Shown here in pieces: positions 1-9,025 of a stretch of DNA of 64,000 nucleotides. The translations under genes and the position numbers were made by a program. Under the pieces are notes generated by a model. That model saw only the letters and a list, made by a program, of their open reading frames with translations, searched no databases and was not told the DNA's origin. The DNA comes from an uncultured Treponemataceae bacterium (GTDB taxonomy: Bacteria; Spirochaetota; Spirochaetia; Treponematales; UBA12059): NCBI GenBank assembly GCA_964630305.1, contig CAZVTR010000001.1, forward strand, positions 62,901 to 126,900. The letters run 5' to 3'. How positions within the stretch are numbered: the stretch's first letter is position 1; each line of letters begins with the position of its first letter.

Positions 1-1091
1 ATTAAATAAGCTTTTACATAATTGAGGGGCTCTGTATGCGTGTAGCCGGCAATATTACGTTTATTAAAATTTGCATTAGCTTTTTCTGTATAGTTTTTCA
101 TGCGAAGCACAACGACAGTTCCAAAAATAAATTGCGATAACTCTTCTATTTTTGAAGTTTTACGTTCTGTTGTTATTTTTTGCAAGAGTGCATTTGCCTG
201 ATTTTTTATTTTTTCGACATAGGGGTCAACAATCTGTTCATTAGGAACTTTTAGAATAAACTTAAAATTAGGATCTTGTTTACAATGTCTGATGATGTTT
301 TCAAGAATTCCGCTTTGGCGTATTGCTTTGAGTGTTTGAGCGTGTTTGAGCCAGCTGTCAATTTGAACAAGTTCAATATTTCTGTATGCTTTTAAGGCTT
401 CAAAAATTCGTTTCCAATCGGCGTCAAGATTGAGCACGAGGAGCCGGTCTACAAATTCTGCCATATCATCTGCTATGTATTCGCAGGAAATGGTTTCGAA
501 TTTTGGGGTATAGCTAAAGCTGCGTTCAGTAATTCTTGAATCGAACTTCTTTAACAAAAAATAGTAATCGTAATTAACAAATTGCAAAAATGTAAGCAGC
601 GTGTTATAGGCTTTGTTTATTTGATTAATTTTCTCTGCGTCAAAAATGCCGTCCAGGGTTTGAATATTTGTCTTAACATATTCCTGAAGCTGCTTGAGGC
701 TCATGGAATTTGCTTGTTCCATAATTTTTGATTCAGCGAGCGCATCAAGGACTGATTTTTGGTTAGATGTCAAAAAGCTGTCTATCACAAAAGCCTTAAG
801 CACACCTGATTTAGATGCATTTTCAAGCTGGAGCTGTGCTGGCGCAATAATTCTGTATGTGTCATAAAAAAATCGCGCAAGTGTAGGGAGCGCTTCAAAT
901 GTCTTTGGCCGATAAAATTTACTATAGGGAGATCGATGTATTTCCCGAGCGATTGCTTTAAGCTGGCGTCTTTTCTCTGCTTCTGGATTATTAAAACCGG
1001 TAAAAAAATCCAAAATATGCTGTAAAAAACCTGCACTGCTGTCCTGTTTAGTGTCAGAGGTTTTTTCCTGTGGTGTTCCTTTAGCAGCCAT
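1..1091 (-). CDS. hypothetical protein, 5' part only (ORF continues past the left edge)
   Basis: My own reverse-strand translation from ATG (1091..1089) gives MAAKGTPQEKTSDTKQDSSAGFLQHILDFFTGFNNPEAEKRRQLKAIAREIH... It stays stop-free for 363 codons down to base 3. It is absent from the ORF track because no stop lies in the window. It starts 10 nt after the birA stop on the same strand, so it is probably co-transcribed. No TM segment and no family recognised. Confidence 0.6.
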   Translation of the reverse strand, partial: MAAKGTPQEKTSDTKQDSSAGFLQHILDFFTGFNNPEAEKRRQLKAIAREIHRSPYSKFYRPKTFEALPTLARFFYDTYRIIAPAQLQLENASKSGVLKAFVIDSFLTSNQKSVLDALAESKIMEQANSMSLKQLQEYVKTNIQTLDGIFDAEKINQINKAYNTLLTFLQFVNYDYYFLLKKFDSRITERSFSYTPKFETISCEYIADDMAEFVDRLLVLNLDADWKRIFEALKAYRNIELVQIDSWLKHAQTLKAIRQSGILENIIRHCKQDPNFKFILKVPNEQIVDPYVEKIKNQANALLQKITTERKTSKIEELSQFIFGTVVVLRMKNYTEKANANFNKRNIAGYTHTEPLNYVKAYL

Positions 1092-1101
1092 ATCTATAAC
1101 A

Positions 1102-1872
1102 TTACTCTATGATTGTTTTCGGGTCAATAGTTGAATGTATTTCTCCAGACGCTTCAACTTGAATCCCCTGGCTGGTTTCCAGTATGAGATATCCGCTTCT
1201 GTCAATTCCTCTCACAAGCCCTGTAACAGAAACGCCGGTATCAGTTCCGCGTTTGAATAATATATGCTCATTTTTATATGCGCACTTGCTGTTAACAGCA
1301 TTAAACCATGATTCTGGATGTTTTGGGAATTCTAAAAATTGATGAATTAGCTCATGCAGCATGATTTCCTGAGTTACCAAAATATTATAGCTCAGCAAGA
1401 GTGATGTCGGCGCAGTACGGTACTGTCCCGGGAATTCTTTCTGAGCAAGATTGATGCCTATACCAGCAAAGATGGTAGTTCCGGTATTTTCACAGAGTAT
1501 CCCTGCAAGTTTTTTACCTTGCGCTAAGATGTCATTAGGCCATTTTATTGTGATCGGGAGAGCGGCAGTTAAAGGAGGTGGTATGAGTTGCTGCAAGGCT
1601 TCTAAAACGATTGCTCCGGTAACAAGGGCTGGGGGACAGTCTTTAAAGAAATTAGCTGGAAACCAAAAAGTAGTAAGAAGACCCTCGCCTGGTGCACAAT
1701 TCCAGCTGCGTCCCGGAAGACGGCCTTTCCCTGCCGTTTGAACATCGGCATATACCACGCCATAAGGAGCTTTGTGCGCAAGCTCGCGGGCAGTTACCAT
1801 GGTGCTCGTAGTTTCTCCAATATGAAAAACAGCTATATCTATTGTTTGGTCAGATACATCAGAGCTTTTCAT
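1102..1872 (-). CDS. birA: biotin--[acetyl-CoA-carboxylase] ligase (group I, no HTH repressor domain)
   Basis: 256-aa ORF with biotin-protein-ligase signatures GKGRLPGRSW (GRGRxGRxW type) and KWPNDI. Length and N-terminus leave no room for a DNA-binding domain. Confidence 0.85.
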   Translation of the reverse strand: MKSSDVSDQTIDIAVFHIGETTSTMVTARELAHKAPYGVVYADVQTAGKGRLPGRSWNCAPGEGLLTTFWFPANFFKDCPPALVTGAIVLEALQQLIPPPLTAALPITIKWPNDILAQGKKLAGILCENTGTTIFAGIGINLAQKEFPGQYRTAPTSLLLSYNILVTQEIMLHELIHQFLEFPKHPESWFNAVNSKCAYKNEHILFKRGTDTGVSVTGLVRGIDRSGYLILETSQGIQVEASGEIHSTIDPKTIIE

Positions 1873-1886
1873 TTTTTAATCCTTTG

Positions 1887-1895
1887 TGGTATAGT
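1887..1895 (+). promoter_or_regulatory. extended -10 element TGgTATAGT only 7 nt upstream of the parE ATG (candidate leaderless promoter)
   Basis: The 1873..1902 gap between divergent birA and parE is 30 nt. It contains TGGTATAGT (1887..1895) and no Shine-Dalgarno before ATG 1903. Confidence 0.35.
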
Positions 1896-1902
1896 AGCAT
1901 AC

Positions 1903-3705
1903 ATGAAACCAGTGTATGATGAATCAAAAATAAAAACATTGTCTTCCCTTGAGCATATACGATTACGTACTGGCATGTACATAGGAAGACTCGGAAACGG
2001 ATCAAATCCCGATGACGGTATTTATATACTGCTTAAAGAAGTGATCGATAACGCAATCGATGAATACATTATGGGCTATGGCTCAAAAATTGTGGTAACT
2101 ATTTCCGGCCATACAGTCAGTGTGCGTGATTATGGACGGGGAATTCCGCTCGGTAAAGTAATTGAATGTGTTTCTACAATCAATACTGGTGCAAAATATA
2201 ATGATGAAGTGTTTCAGTTTTCAGTTGGTTTGAATGGTGTCGGCACTAAAGCTGTCAATGCTCTCTCGGTTAATTTTAAAGTAGTTTCATACCGCAACCG
2301 TGAATGTTTTTATGCAGTATTTGAGCGCGGTAAGCTCAAAGACTCCGGCTATGAAAAAGCTAAAAATGAACCTGATGGCACCTATGTAGAATTTACTCCC
2401 GATGAAGAAATATTTGGGGATTATGAGTTTAATACTGAGTTCATTGAAAAGCGCATTAAGCATTATGTCTATCTTAATGCCGGTCTTGAACTTGTTTTTA
2501 ATGGCGTTTCGTATACCAGTGATAAGGGGCTCCTTGATTTATTAAAAGATGAGCTGGGATCAGATTCTCTTTACGAGCCTGCATACTGGCGCGGAGATCG
2601 CATTGAATTTTCTTTTACCCATACAAATAGCTATGGTGAAGAATATTTTTCATTTGTGAACGGCCAATACACCTCCGATGGAGGTACTCATCTGTCTGCA
2701 TTTAAGGAAGGGTTTGCAAAAGCTGTTAATGAATTTTTTGGACAAAACTATAAGAGTGAGGATATCCGCGAGGGCATTGCAGCAGCAATCGCAGTAAAAA
2801 TTGCAAATCCGGTTTTTGAAAGTCAAACAAAAAACAAACTGGGAAATACAGACATTAGGCCATGGATTTTGCAGGAAACAAAACGCGGCATTGATGAGTT
2901 TTTGCGGAGAAATCCTGAATCTGCAGCAATGCTTCAGCAAAAAATTATTGCCAATGAAAAATTACGGACTGAGCTAAATACCGTAAAAAAAGAAGCGCGA
3001 GAAGCTGCAAAAAAGATTGAGCTTAAAATACCAAATTTAAAGGACTGCAAAATTCACCTTGGCGATTCACATAAATTGAGCGAACAAACCACTATTTTTA
3101 TAACAGAAGGGCAGTCAGCTACCGGCTCAATGGTCAGTGCGCGCGATGTGTACACACAGGCAATCTTTAGTTTGCGCGGTAAGCCTGAAAATATGTATGG
3201 GCTAAAAAAGACAAATATTTATAAAAACGAAGAACTTTATAATTTAATGATGGCGCTTGGAATTGAAAATTCACTTGAAGGCCTCCGATATGCACGAATT
3301 GTTATTGCAACCGATGCAGATTATGATGGTTTTCATATAAGAAATCTTCTCTTAACATTTTTTCTTAACTTTTTTGAGGAGCTTATTGTCCATAACCGTG
3401 TTTTTATTCTTGAAACACCGCTTTTTAGGGTGAGAAATAAACAGGTAACAAAATATTGCTATAATGTAAAAGAACGCGATACTGCTATCGCAGAGCTTGG
3501 AAACCATGCAGAGGTTACGCGGTTCAAAGGACTCGGAGAAATAAGTCCTGGAGAGTTTGGTAAGTTTATTGGTCCTGACATGCGCTTGATATCGGTTGAT
3601 GTTCAGACACTTAAAAACGTTCCTTCTATACTTGAGTTTTACATGGGCAAAAATACGCCTGAACGCCGTGAATATATTATGAAACATCTTATAAGGGAAT
3701 TATAA
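1903..3705 (+). CDS. parE: type IIA topoisomerase subunit B, topoisomerase IV ParE-like
   Basis: The ORF-track frame 1738..3705 overlaps birA. The conserved N-terminus MKPVYDESKIKTLSSLEHIRLRTGMYIG begins at the in-frame ATG 1903 (600 aa). GHKL ATPase motifs: EVIDNAIDE, DYGRGIP, GLNGVG, QTKNKLG. Toprim motifs: EGQSATGS and ATDADYDGFHI. The protein is short for a GyrB. Confidence 0.85.
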   Translation: MKPVYDESKIKTLSSLEHIRLRTGMYIGRLGNGSNPDDGIYILLKEVIDNAIDEYIMGYGSKIVVTISGHTVSVRDYGRGIPLGKVIECVSTINTGAKYNDEVFQFSVGLNGVGTKAVNALSVNFKVVSYRNRECFYAVFERGKLKDSGYEKAKNEPDGTYVEFTPDEEIFGDYEFNTEFIEKRIKHYVYLNAGLELVFNGVSYTSDKGLLDLLKDELGSDSLYEPAYWRGDRIEFSFTHTNSYGEEYFSFVNGQYTSDGGTHLSAFKEGFAKAVNEFFGQNYKSEDIREGIAAAIAVKIANPVFESQTKNKLGNTDIRPWILQETKRGIDEFLRRNPESAAMLQQKIIANEKLRTELNTVKKEAREAAKKIELKIPNLKDCKIHLGDSHKLSEQTTIFITEGQSATGSMVSARDVYTQAIFSLRGKPENMYGLKKTNIYKNEELYNLMMALGIENSLEGLRYARIVIATDADYDGFHIRNLLLTFFLNFFEELIVHNRVFILETPLFRVRNKQVTKYCYNVKERDTAIAELGNHAEVTRFKGLGEISPGEFGKFIGPDMRLISVDVQTLKNVPSILEFYMGKNTPERREYIMKHLIREL

Positions 3706-3717
3706 TAGGATACAGCA

Positions 3718-5958
3718 ATGGCATATGTACATAAAATTTATGATGAAAACTTTCTCTATTATGCAAGTTATGTAATTACCGATCGCGCAATTCCAGAGCT
3801 TGACGATGGGCTTAAGCCAGTACAGCGCCGTATTTTGCATACACTATTTGAACTTGATGACGGAAAGTATCACAAAGTCGCTAATGTTGTGGGGCAGGTG
3901 ATGAAGTATCACCCGCACGGAGATGCTTCTATATATTCCGCTTTAGTGGTGCTTGCAAACAAAGACTTGTTTATAGATAAGCAGGGAAATTTTGGTAACC
4001 TCCTTACAGGTGATGAAGCTTCGGCTGCTCGTTATATTGAATGCCGAATAAACCAGTTTGCTAAGAGTGTATTTTATAACCCTCATATTACAACATACAT
4101 AGACAGCTATGACGGAAGAAATAAAGAACCGCTCGTATTTCCTGCTAAACTGCCTGTGGTTTTAATGATTGGCGCTGAGGGTATCGCCGTTGGCATGAGC
4201 ACTAAAATACTTCCGCATAATCCACTCGAGGTTATTCAAGCAGAAATAGCTGCACTTAAAGGAAAACCATTTACATTATATCCAGATTTTCCTGGCGGCG
4301 GTCTCATAGATGTAAGCGAATATGACGATGGACTCGGGAAAATAAGGGTTCGTGCAGTCATTGACGATAGCGATCCAAAACGTATTGTAATAAAAGAATT
4401 ACCTTTTGGAGTAACAACTGAATCATTAATTGAAAGCATTGAAAATGCTGGTAAAAAAGGAAGAATAAAAATAACAAGTATTAACGATTTTACAACTGAC
4501 AAAGTCGAAATTGAAATAAAACTTGCGCGAGGCGAGCAGACCAGCAAAGAGGTAATCGATGCATTATATGCATTTACAGAATGTGAAGAGACAATAAACT
4601 GCAACCTTCTTGTAATAAAAGATGGTTCGCCTCAGATTATGAAAGTATCTGAAATCATTCAGTATCATGCTAAAAAACTTGTACAAATATTAAAAGCAGA
4701 ATTAACCTATGAATTAGAAGAATTAGAAAAAGAATATTTTAGAAGAACGCTTGAAAGAATATTTATAGAAGAGCGAATTTATAAAGAGATTGAGAATAAA
4801 AAAACCCAGGAAACAGTGCTTAAAGCGGTATACACTGGTTTAATGAAGTTTAAAGATGAAATAGGCAAACCGGTAACAGAGGATGATATTGAATTTTTAT
4901 TAAAAACGCCAATACGTAAAATTTCATTGTATGATATAGAAAAAGCACGCCATGAAATGGAAGCAATCATCAAAAAAATAAAAGAGATAAAGCATAACCT
5001 CAAACATATAACAGATTATGCAGTCAGTGTGCTTGAAACTATGGCATCGATGCTTGATGAATCGTTCAAGCGAAAAACTAAAATAGTAAGTTTTGAAAAA
5101 ATAGCAGTGCGGGAAGCTGCGCGGCGTAATTTGGCACTTCGCTATGATGCACAGACGGGATATTTGGGAACTGCTGTATCAGCTGGAGAGCAAATAGAGA
5201 CAGTATCACCGTTTGATAAGGTGTTAATCATAAGAAACAATGGTATTGTTTCTGTAATACCAGTTCCGGAAAAAACTTTTGTTGATAAACATATGCTCTT
5301 TTGCTCTATTGCAGAAAAGGAACTCATTGCTCCGATTGTCTTTAGCTGTGTTTATAAAGACAAGGAAGGTTACCCGTATATAAAACGATTTACCATTTCC
5401 GGCTGGATAATGAATAAACATTATGAAATTATTCCTGAGGATGCAGAGATATTACTATTTACTACCGAGCAAAGCGGTTATATACACATAACGTATACGC
5501 CAAAACCAAGGCTAAAAATAACAGAAGAATATTTTGATATACAGGAATATCCTGTGCGTGCATTAAAGGCAAAAGGACTGCGTCTTGCTCCGCGAGAGGC
5601 ACAGAGCGGAGAACTTATGCACGATATTCCTCAAGGGAAAACCGTAACAAGCTATAGAGAAGAAGAAAAAGAACCAGAAAAGCTTTCTAAAAATGGCTTA
5701 CTGGCAAAGGCAACACAGAAAAAAAATGCTGCAAAATTGGCTCAAAAAAAAGAGAAGAAAGCTGATGCAAAAAAATCGACAGCGTCGGCAAAAAAAATAA
5801 CGTCGGCGACTAAAAAGCAAGAGAAAAAGACAAAAGCAAAAGAAAAGTTAATTGTCCCTAGTGAACTTTCAAGGAATACTAAAAGTATAACCAGGATAGG
5901 TTCTAAAAAAGTATCTAAGAAAGATAACTCTAAAAAAACTGTAAAAAAACAAAAATAG
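3718..5958 (+). CDS. parC: type IIA topoisomerase subunit A, ParC-like, with lysine-rich C-terminal tail
   Basis: Motifs DGLKPVQRRIL, KYHPHGD and the catalytic-Tyr motif AARYIECR. No GyrA-box-like QRRGGKG seen. Starts 13 nt after the parE stop. The last 99 aa contain 32 Lys. Confidence 0.85.
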   Translation: MAYVHKIYDENFLYYASYVITDRAIPELDDGLKPVQRRILHTLFELDDGKYHKVANVVGQVMKYHPHGDASIYSALVVLANKDLFIDKQGNFGNLLTGDEASAARYIECRINQFAKSVFYNPHITTYIDSYDGRNKEPLVFPAKLPVVLMIGAEGIAVGMSTKILPHNPLEVIQAEIAALKGKPFTLYPDFPGGGLIDVSEYDDGLGKIRVRAVIDDSDPKRIVIKELPFGVTTESLIESIENAGKKGRIKITSINDFTTDKVEIEIKLARGEQTSKEVIDALYAFTECEETINCNLLVIKDGSPQIMKVSEIIQYHAKKLVQILKAELTYELEELEKEYFRRTLERIFIEERIYKEIENKKTQETVLKAVYTGLMKFKDEIGKPVTEDDIEFLLKTPIRKISLYDIEKARHEMEAIIKKIKEIKHNLKHITDYAVSVLETMASMLDESFKRKTKIVSFEKIAVREAARRNLALRYDAQTGYLGTAVSAGEQIETVSPFDKVLIIRNNGIVSVIPVPEKTFVDKHMLFCSIAEKELIAPIVFSCVYKDKEGYPYIKRFTISGWIMNKHYEIIPEDAEILLFTTEQSGYIHITYTPKPRLKITEEYFDIQEYPVRALKAKGLRLAPREAQSGELMHDIPQGKTVTSYREEEKEPEKLSKNGLLAKATQKKNAAKLAQKKEKKADAKKSTASAKKITSATKKQEKKTKAKEKLIVPSELSRNTKSITRIGSKKVSKKDNSKKTVKKQK

Positions 5959-6004
5959 AAATATGTAAAACAATTAGTTTTGTGGAAAAGAGGTTAAAGA
6001 AGAA

Positions 6005-6982
6005 ATGCAACATTACATTGCATCAATTGTTTTAGCATTACTGGCGGCTATTCTTTATGCAGTGAATATACCGTTATCAAAAATTTTATTACAATCAGTT
6101 CATCCTGTTGTGATGGCATCATTATTGTATTTAGGTGCAGGTATTGGAATATCATTGCTATCATGCATATCAAAAAAAGAAAAACAGTCAAAATTAACAA
6201 AAAAAGAAATACCATTTACAGTTTTAATGGTCGTGCTTGATATTGTTGCTCCAATCTTGCTCATGTTCGGATTGCAAAAGGCAAGTTCTTCAAATGTTGC
6301 ACTTATAAGTAACTTTGAAATAGTTGCCACAGCGGTTATTGCTTTTTTACTGTTTAAAGAAAATATATCCCTCGTTATGTGGATTGCAATTATGCTAGTA
6401 ACTCTTGCCAGCATTATACTATCTTTCGATATAACAGCATTGCAGTTTTCAGTCGGTTCTTTGTATGTTTTGTTAGCATGTATAACCTGGGGATTAGAAA
6501 ATAATTGTACAAAAGCTTTATCATCGAAAAATATATTTCAAATAGTCAGCATAAAAGGTATTTTTTCAGGTTTAGGCTCGTTAGTTTTAGTGTTTGTTTT
6601 TTCATTGAGGTTCCCTGCACTCATATTAGTAATTGTAACGCTTTTACTGGGATTTATCGCTTATGGATTAAGCATTTATTGTTATGTCAAATCACAAAAT
6701 TCGCTTGGCGCAGCAAAAACAAGTGCGTTTTATGCTCTTAATCCATTTATAGGATCGTTTTTATCTTTCATTATTCTCCAAGAAAAACTATCAGAGAACT
6801 ATTTGATAGCTGTATTAGTAATGATAGTGGGGACAGTATTTATAATTTTAGATTTATTAATTATCACTCATAAACATGCACATATACATAGTAATAACGA
6901 TACTGTATACGAACACACGCATATACATTTCCATTGGCAGAATACAATGCAAGAGCATCAACATAAGCACATAACATTGTAA
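6005..6982 (+). CDS. EamA/DMT-family membrane transporter with His-rich C-terminal tail
   Basis: 325 aa, about ten hydrophobic helices in two similar halves, typical of the drug/metabolite transporter fold. The final 39 aa (ITHKHAHIHSNNDTVYEHTHIHFHWQNTMQEHQHKHITL) hold 11 His. Confidence 0.75.
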   Translation: MQHYIASIVLALLAAILYAVNIPLSKILLQSVHPVVMASLLYLGAGIGISLLSCISKKEKQSKLTKKEIPFTVLMVVLDIVAPILLMFGLQKASSSNVALISNFEIVATAVIAFLLFKENISLVMWIAIMLVTLASIILSFDITALQFSVGSLYVLLACITWGLENNCTKALSSKNIFQIVSIKGIFSGLGSLVLVFVFSLRFPALILVIVTLLLGFIAYGLSIYCYVKSQNSLGAAKTSAFYALNPFIGSFLSFIILQEKLSENYLIAVLVMIVGTVFIILDLLIITHKHAHIHSNNDTVYEHTHIHFHWQNTMQEHQHKHITL

Positions 6983-7088
6983 ATGAATTTATAACATGTT
7001 ATACTTATACCAATACTCAGCTTTCAAGTGAAAGTGTTGTATTATTGCTGGCTATGCAACGGCATAATCCAGCAGGAAGGAGAAAGGT

Positions 7089-8927
7089 ATGTGCGGCATT
7101 ATTGGCTACACGGGGCCAAAGCGAGCGGCCCGAATTTTGCTTGAGGGTCTCAAGCGTCTTGAATACCGCGGCTATGATTCTGCAGGTATTGCTGTTAACG
7201 AGGATCTTGAAAACAAAGATGCTCCTTTTACTGTGTATAAGCGTACAGGTAAAATTGCGCAATTGCGTGAAATAGTTCCAAAAGAATTACCAGGGATTTG
7301 CGGCATTGGACACACCCGCTGGGCTACGCATGGCGGAGTCACCGACATCAATGCGCATCCGCATTGCTCAGCAGATGGAAGAATTGCCATAGTTCATAAC
7401 GGCATAATAGAAAATTATACGACGCTCAAGGAAATGCTCATTAAAGAAGGCTTTACTTTCGTGAGCGAAACCGATAGCGAAGTCATTGCGCATCTTATTG
7501 CCTATGTGTATGAAGGCGATTTAGAAACAGCGGTTAAAACAACAGTCTCGTATCTCAAAGGAACCTACGGCATTGCATGTATGCATAAAGCCGAACCGGG
7601 TAGAATTGTTGGCGCTCGCAACGGGAGCCCGCTCGTCGTTGGCGTTGGTGATGGAGAGATGTTTTTAGCAAGTGATGTAACTGCTATGCTTGCTCATACA
7701 CGACGAGTTGTCTATCTCAACGATGGAGAAATTGTTTCCCTGTATCCGCATGAGTTTTCTATTAGCGATGCAGAGGATAGACCTATCGTTCCAAAAATTA
7801 ATCATATCGATTGGGAAATCAGCGCAATCGAAAAAGAAGGTTTTTCCTGTTACATGGAAAAAGAAATTTTTGAACAGCCCGATTCCATAGCTCGTGCGCT
7901 GAGCGGAAGAATAGATCTTGAAACTGGCACCGCTAAGCTGGGCGGACTGAATCTCTCGAAAAAAGAACTCCTAGGAATCGATGCAATTCAGATTATTGCT
8001 GCCGGCACAAGCTACCATGCAGGAATGACGGCTTCGTATCTCTTTGAGCAGGTTGCGCGCCTTCCTTCTCAGGCACACCTAGCGAGTGAGCTTCGATATA
8101 AAAACCCTATTGTGTCGCCCGGCATGCTCTATTTTGCTGTATCGCAGTCGGGAGAAACTGCTGATACACTCTATGCCATGCGCGAAATACAGCGCCGCGG
8201 CGGAACTGTTTTAGGCATTTGCAACGTGGTAGGCTCGACAATTGCCCGTGAGAGTGATGGAGGCGTTTATGTACACTCAGGCCCTGAGATCGCAGTGGCT
8301 TCCACAAAAGCCTTTACGAGTCAGCTTGCTGCATTTTATCTCCTTGCGCTCAATTTTGCCAGGCTGCATGATATGTCTGCGCATCAAGGACAGCAGTATT
8401 GCCAAAAATTACAGCAGGTTCCGGAACTGGTAAAAGAAACGCTCAAGCTCCGGGATACCATACAGCGAATAGCAAAACGATACTGTCAATACAAAGATTT
8501 TCTCTTTTTAGGAAGAAACTTGCTGTATCCTATAGCTCTCGAAGGCGCATTAAAACTCAAGGAAATCTCGTATATCCATGCCGAAGGGTATGCCGCCGGG
8601 GAAATTAAACACGGACCCATTGCGCTCATCAGCCCTGACACTCCCAGTGTCTTTCTTGTCTCCAATGATTACCTTCGGGAAAAAACAATAAGCAACATGA
8701 AGGAAATCAAGGCTCGAGGCGGGCTTATCATTGCGGTTGCAGAAGCAGGTGATGAGGAAGTAGCCAGCATCGCCGATGAATATATTGGCATACCGCACTG
8801 CGATACACTGTTCCAGCCATTTTTAATGGTAATACCGCTCCAGCTCTTTGCATATTTCTGCGCCCTGGAACTGGGAAAAGATGTCGACCAGCCCAGAAAC
8901 CTTGCAAAGAGCGTTACGGTAGAATAA
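7089..8927 (+). CDS. glmS: glutamine--fructose-6-phosphate aminotransferase (isomerising)
   Basis: N-terminal MCGIIGY (class II amidotransferase Cys2), SIS-domain region, C-terminal ...NLAKSVTVE, 612 aa. SD AGGAAGGAG lies upstream. Confidence 0.97.
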   Translation: MCGIIGYTGPKRAARILLEGLKRLEYRGYDSAGIAVNEDLENKDAPFTVYKRTGKIAQLREIVPKELPGICGIGHTRWATHGGVTDINAHPHCSADGRIAIVHNGIIENYTTLKEMLIKEGFTFVSETDSEVIAHLIAYVYEGDLETAVKTTVSYLKGTYGIACMHKAEPGRIVGARNGSPLVVGVGDGEMFLASDVTAMLAHTRRVVYLNDGEIVSLYPHEFSISDAEDRPIVPKINHIDWEISAIEKEGFSCYMEKEIFEQPDSIARALSGRIDLETGTAKLGGLNLSKKELLGIDAIQIIAAGTSYHAGMTASYLFEQVARLPSQAHLASELRYKNPIVSPGMLYFAVSQSGETADTLYAMREIQRRGGTVLGICNVVGSTIARESDGGVYVHSGPEIAVASTKAFTSQLAAFYLLALNFARLHDMSAHQGQQYCQKLQQVPELVKETLKLRDTIQRIAKRYCQYKDFLFLGRNLLYPIALEGALKLKEISYIHAEGYAAGEIKHGPIALISPDTPSVFLVSNDYLREKTISNMKEIKARGGLIIAVAEAGDEEVASIADEYIGIPHCDTLFQPFLMVIPLQLFAYFCALELGKDVDQPRNLAKSVTVE

Positions 8928-8967
8928 CAATAGCAGTACTTATTTATTTCTAGGTGTTTAATGATAA

Positions 8968-9000
8968 GGGCTGTCTCAAATAAGACAGCCCTCCTTGTTT
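8968..9000. terminator. hairpin terminator between convergent glmS and the GGDEF gene
   Basis: GGGCTGTCT (8968..8976), 6-nt loop, AGACAGCCC (8983..8991), followed by TCCTTGTTTT. It sits in the 98-nt convergent gap. Confidence 0.7.
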
Positions 9001-9025
9001 TAACAAATTTTAATTATAGTACTCT

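Noticed and set aside
1738-1902. 5' extension of the parE ORF (track start 1738) overlapping birA by 135 nt
   Set aside because: The extension encodes an atypical sequence (MNIGIYHAIRSFVRKLAG...). The conserved topoisomerase N-terminus starts at the in-frame ATG 1903, just outside birA.
5659-5955. A-rich 3' end of parC as a frameshift, assembly artefact or non-coding spacer
   Set aside because: The reading frame continues without stops from the catalytic domain to TAG at 5956..5958. The lysine codons form protein-like AKK/KKxxK patterns rather than homopolymer runs.
6983-7088. Possible glmS ribozyme upstream of glmS
   Set aside because: The gap is only 106 nt, and I see none of the conserved ribozyme core or pseudoknot sequence. 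An Rfam cmscan would settle it.
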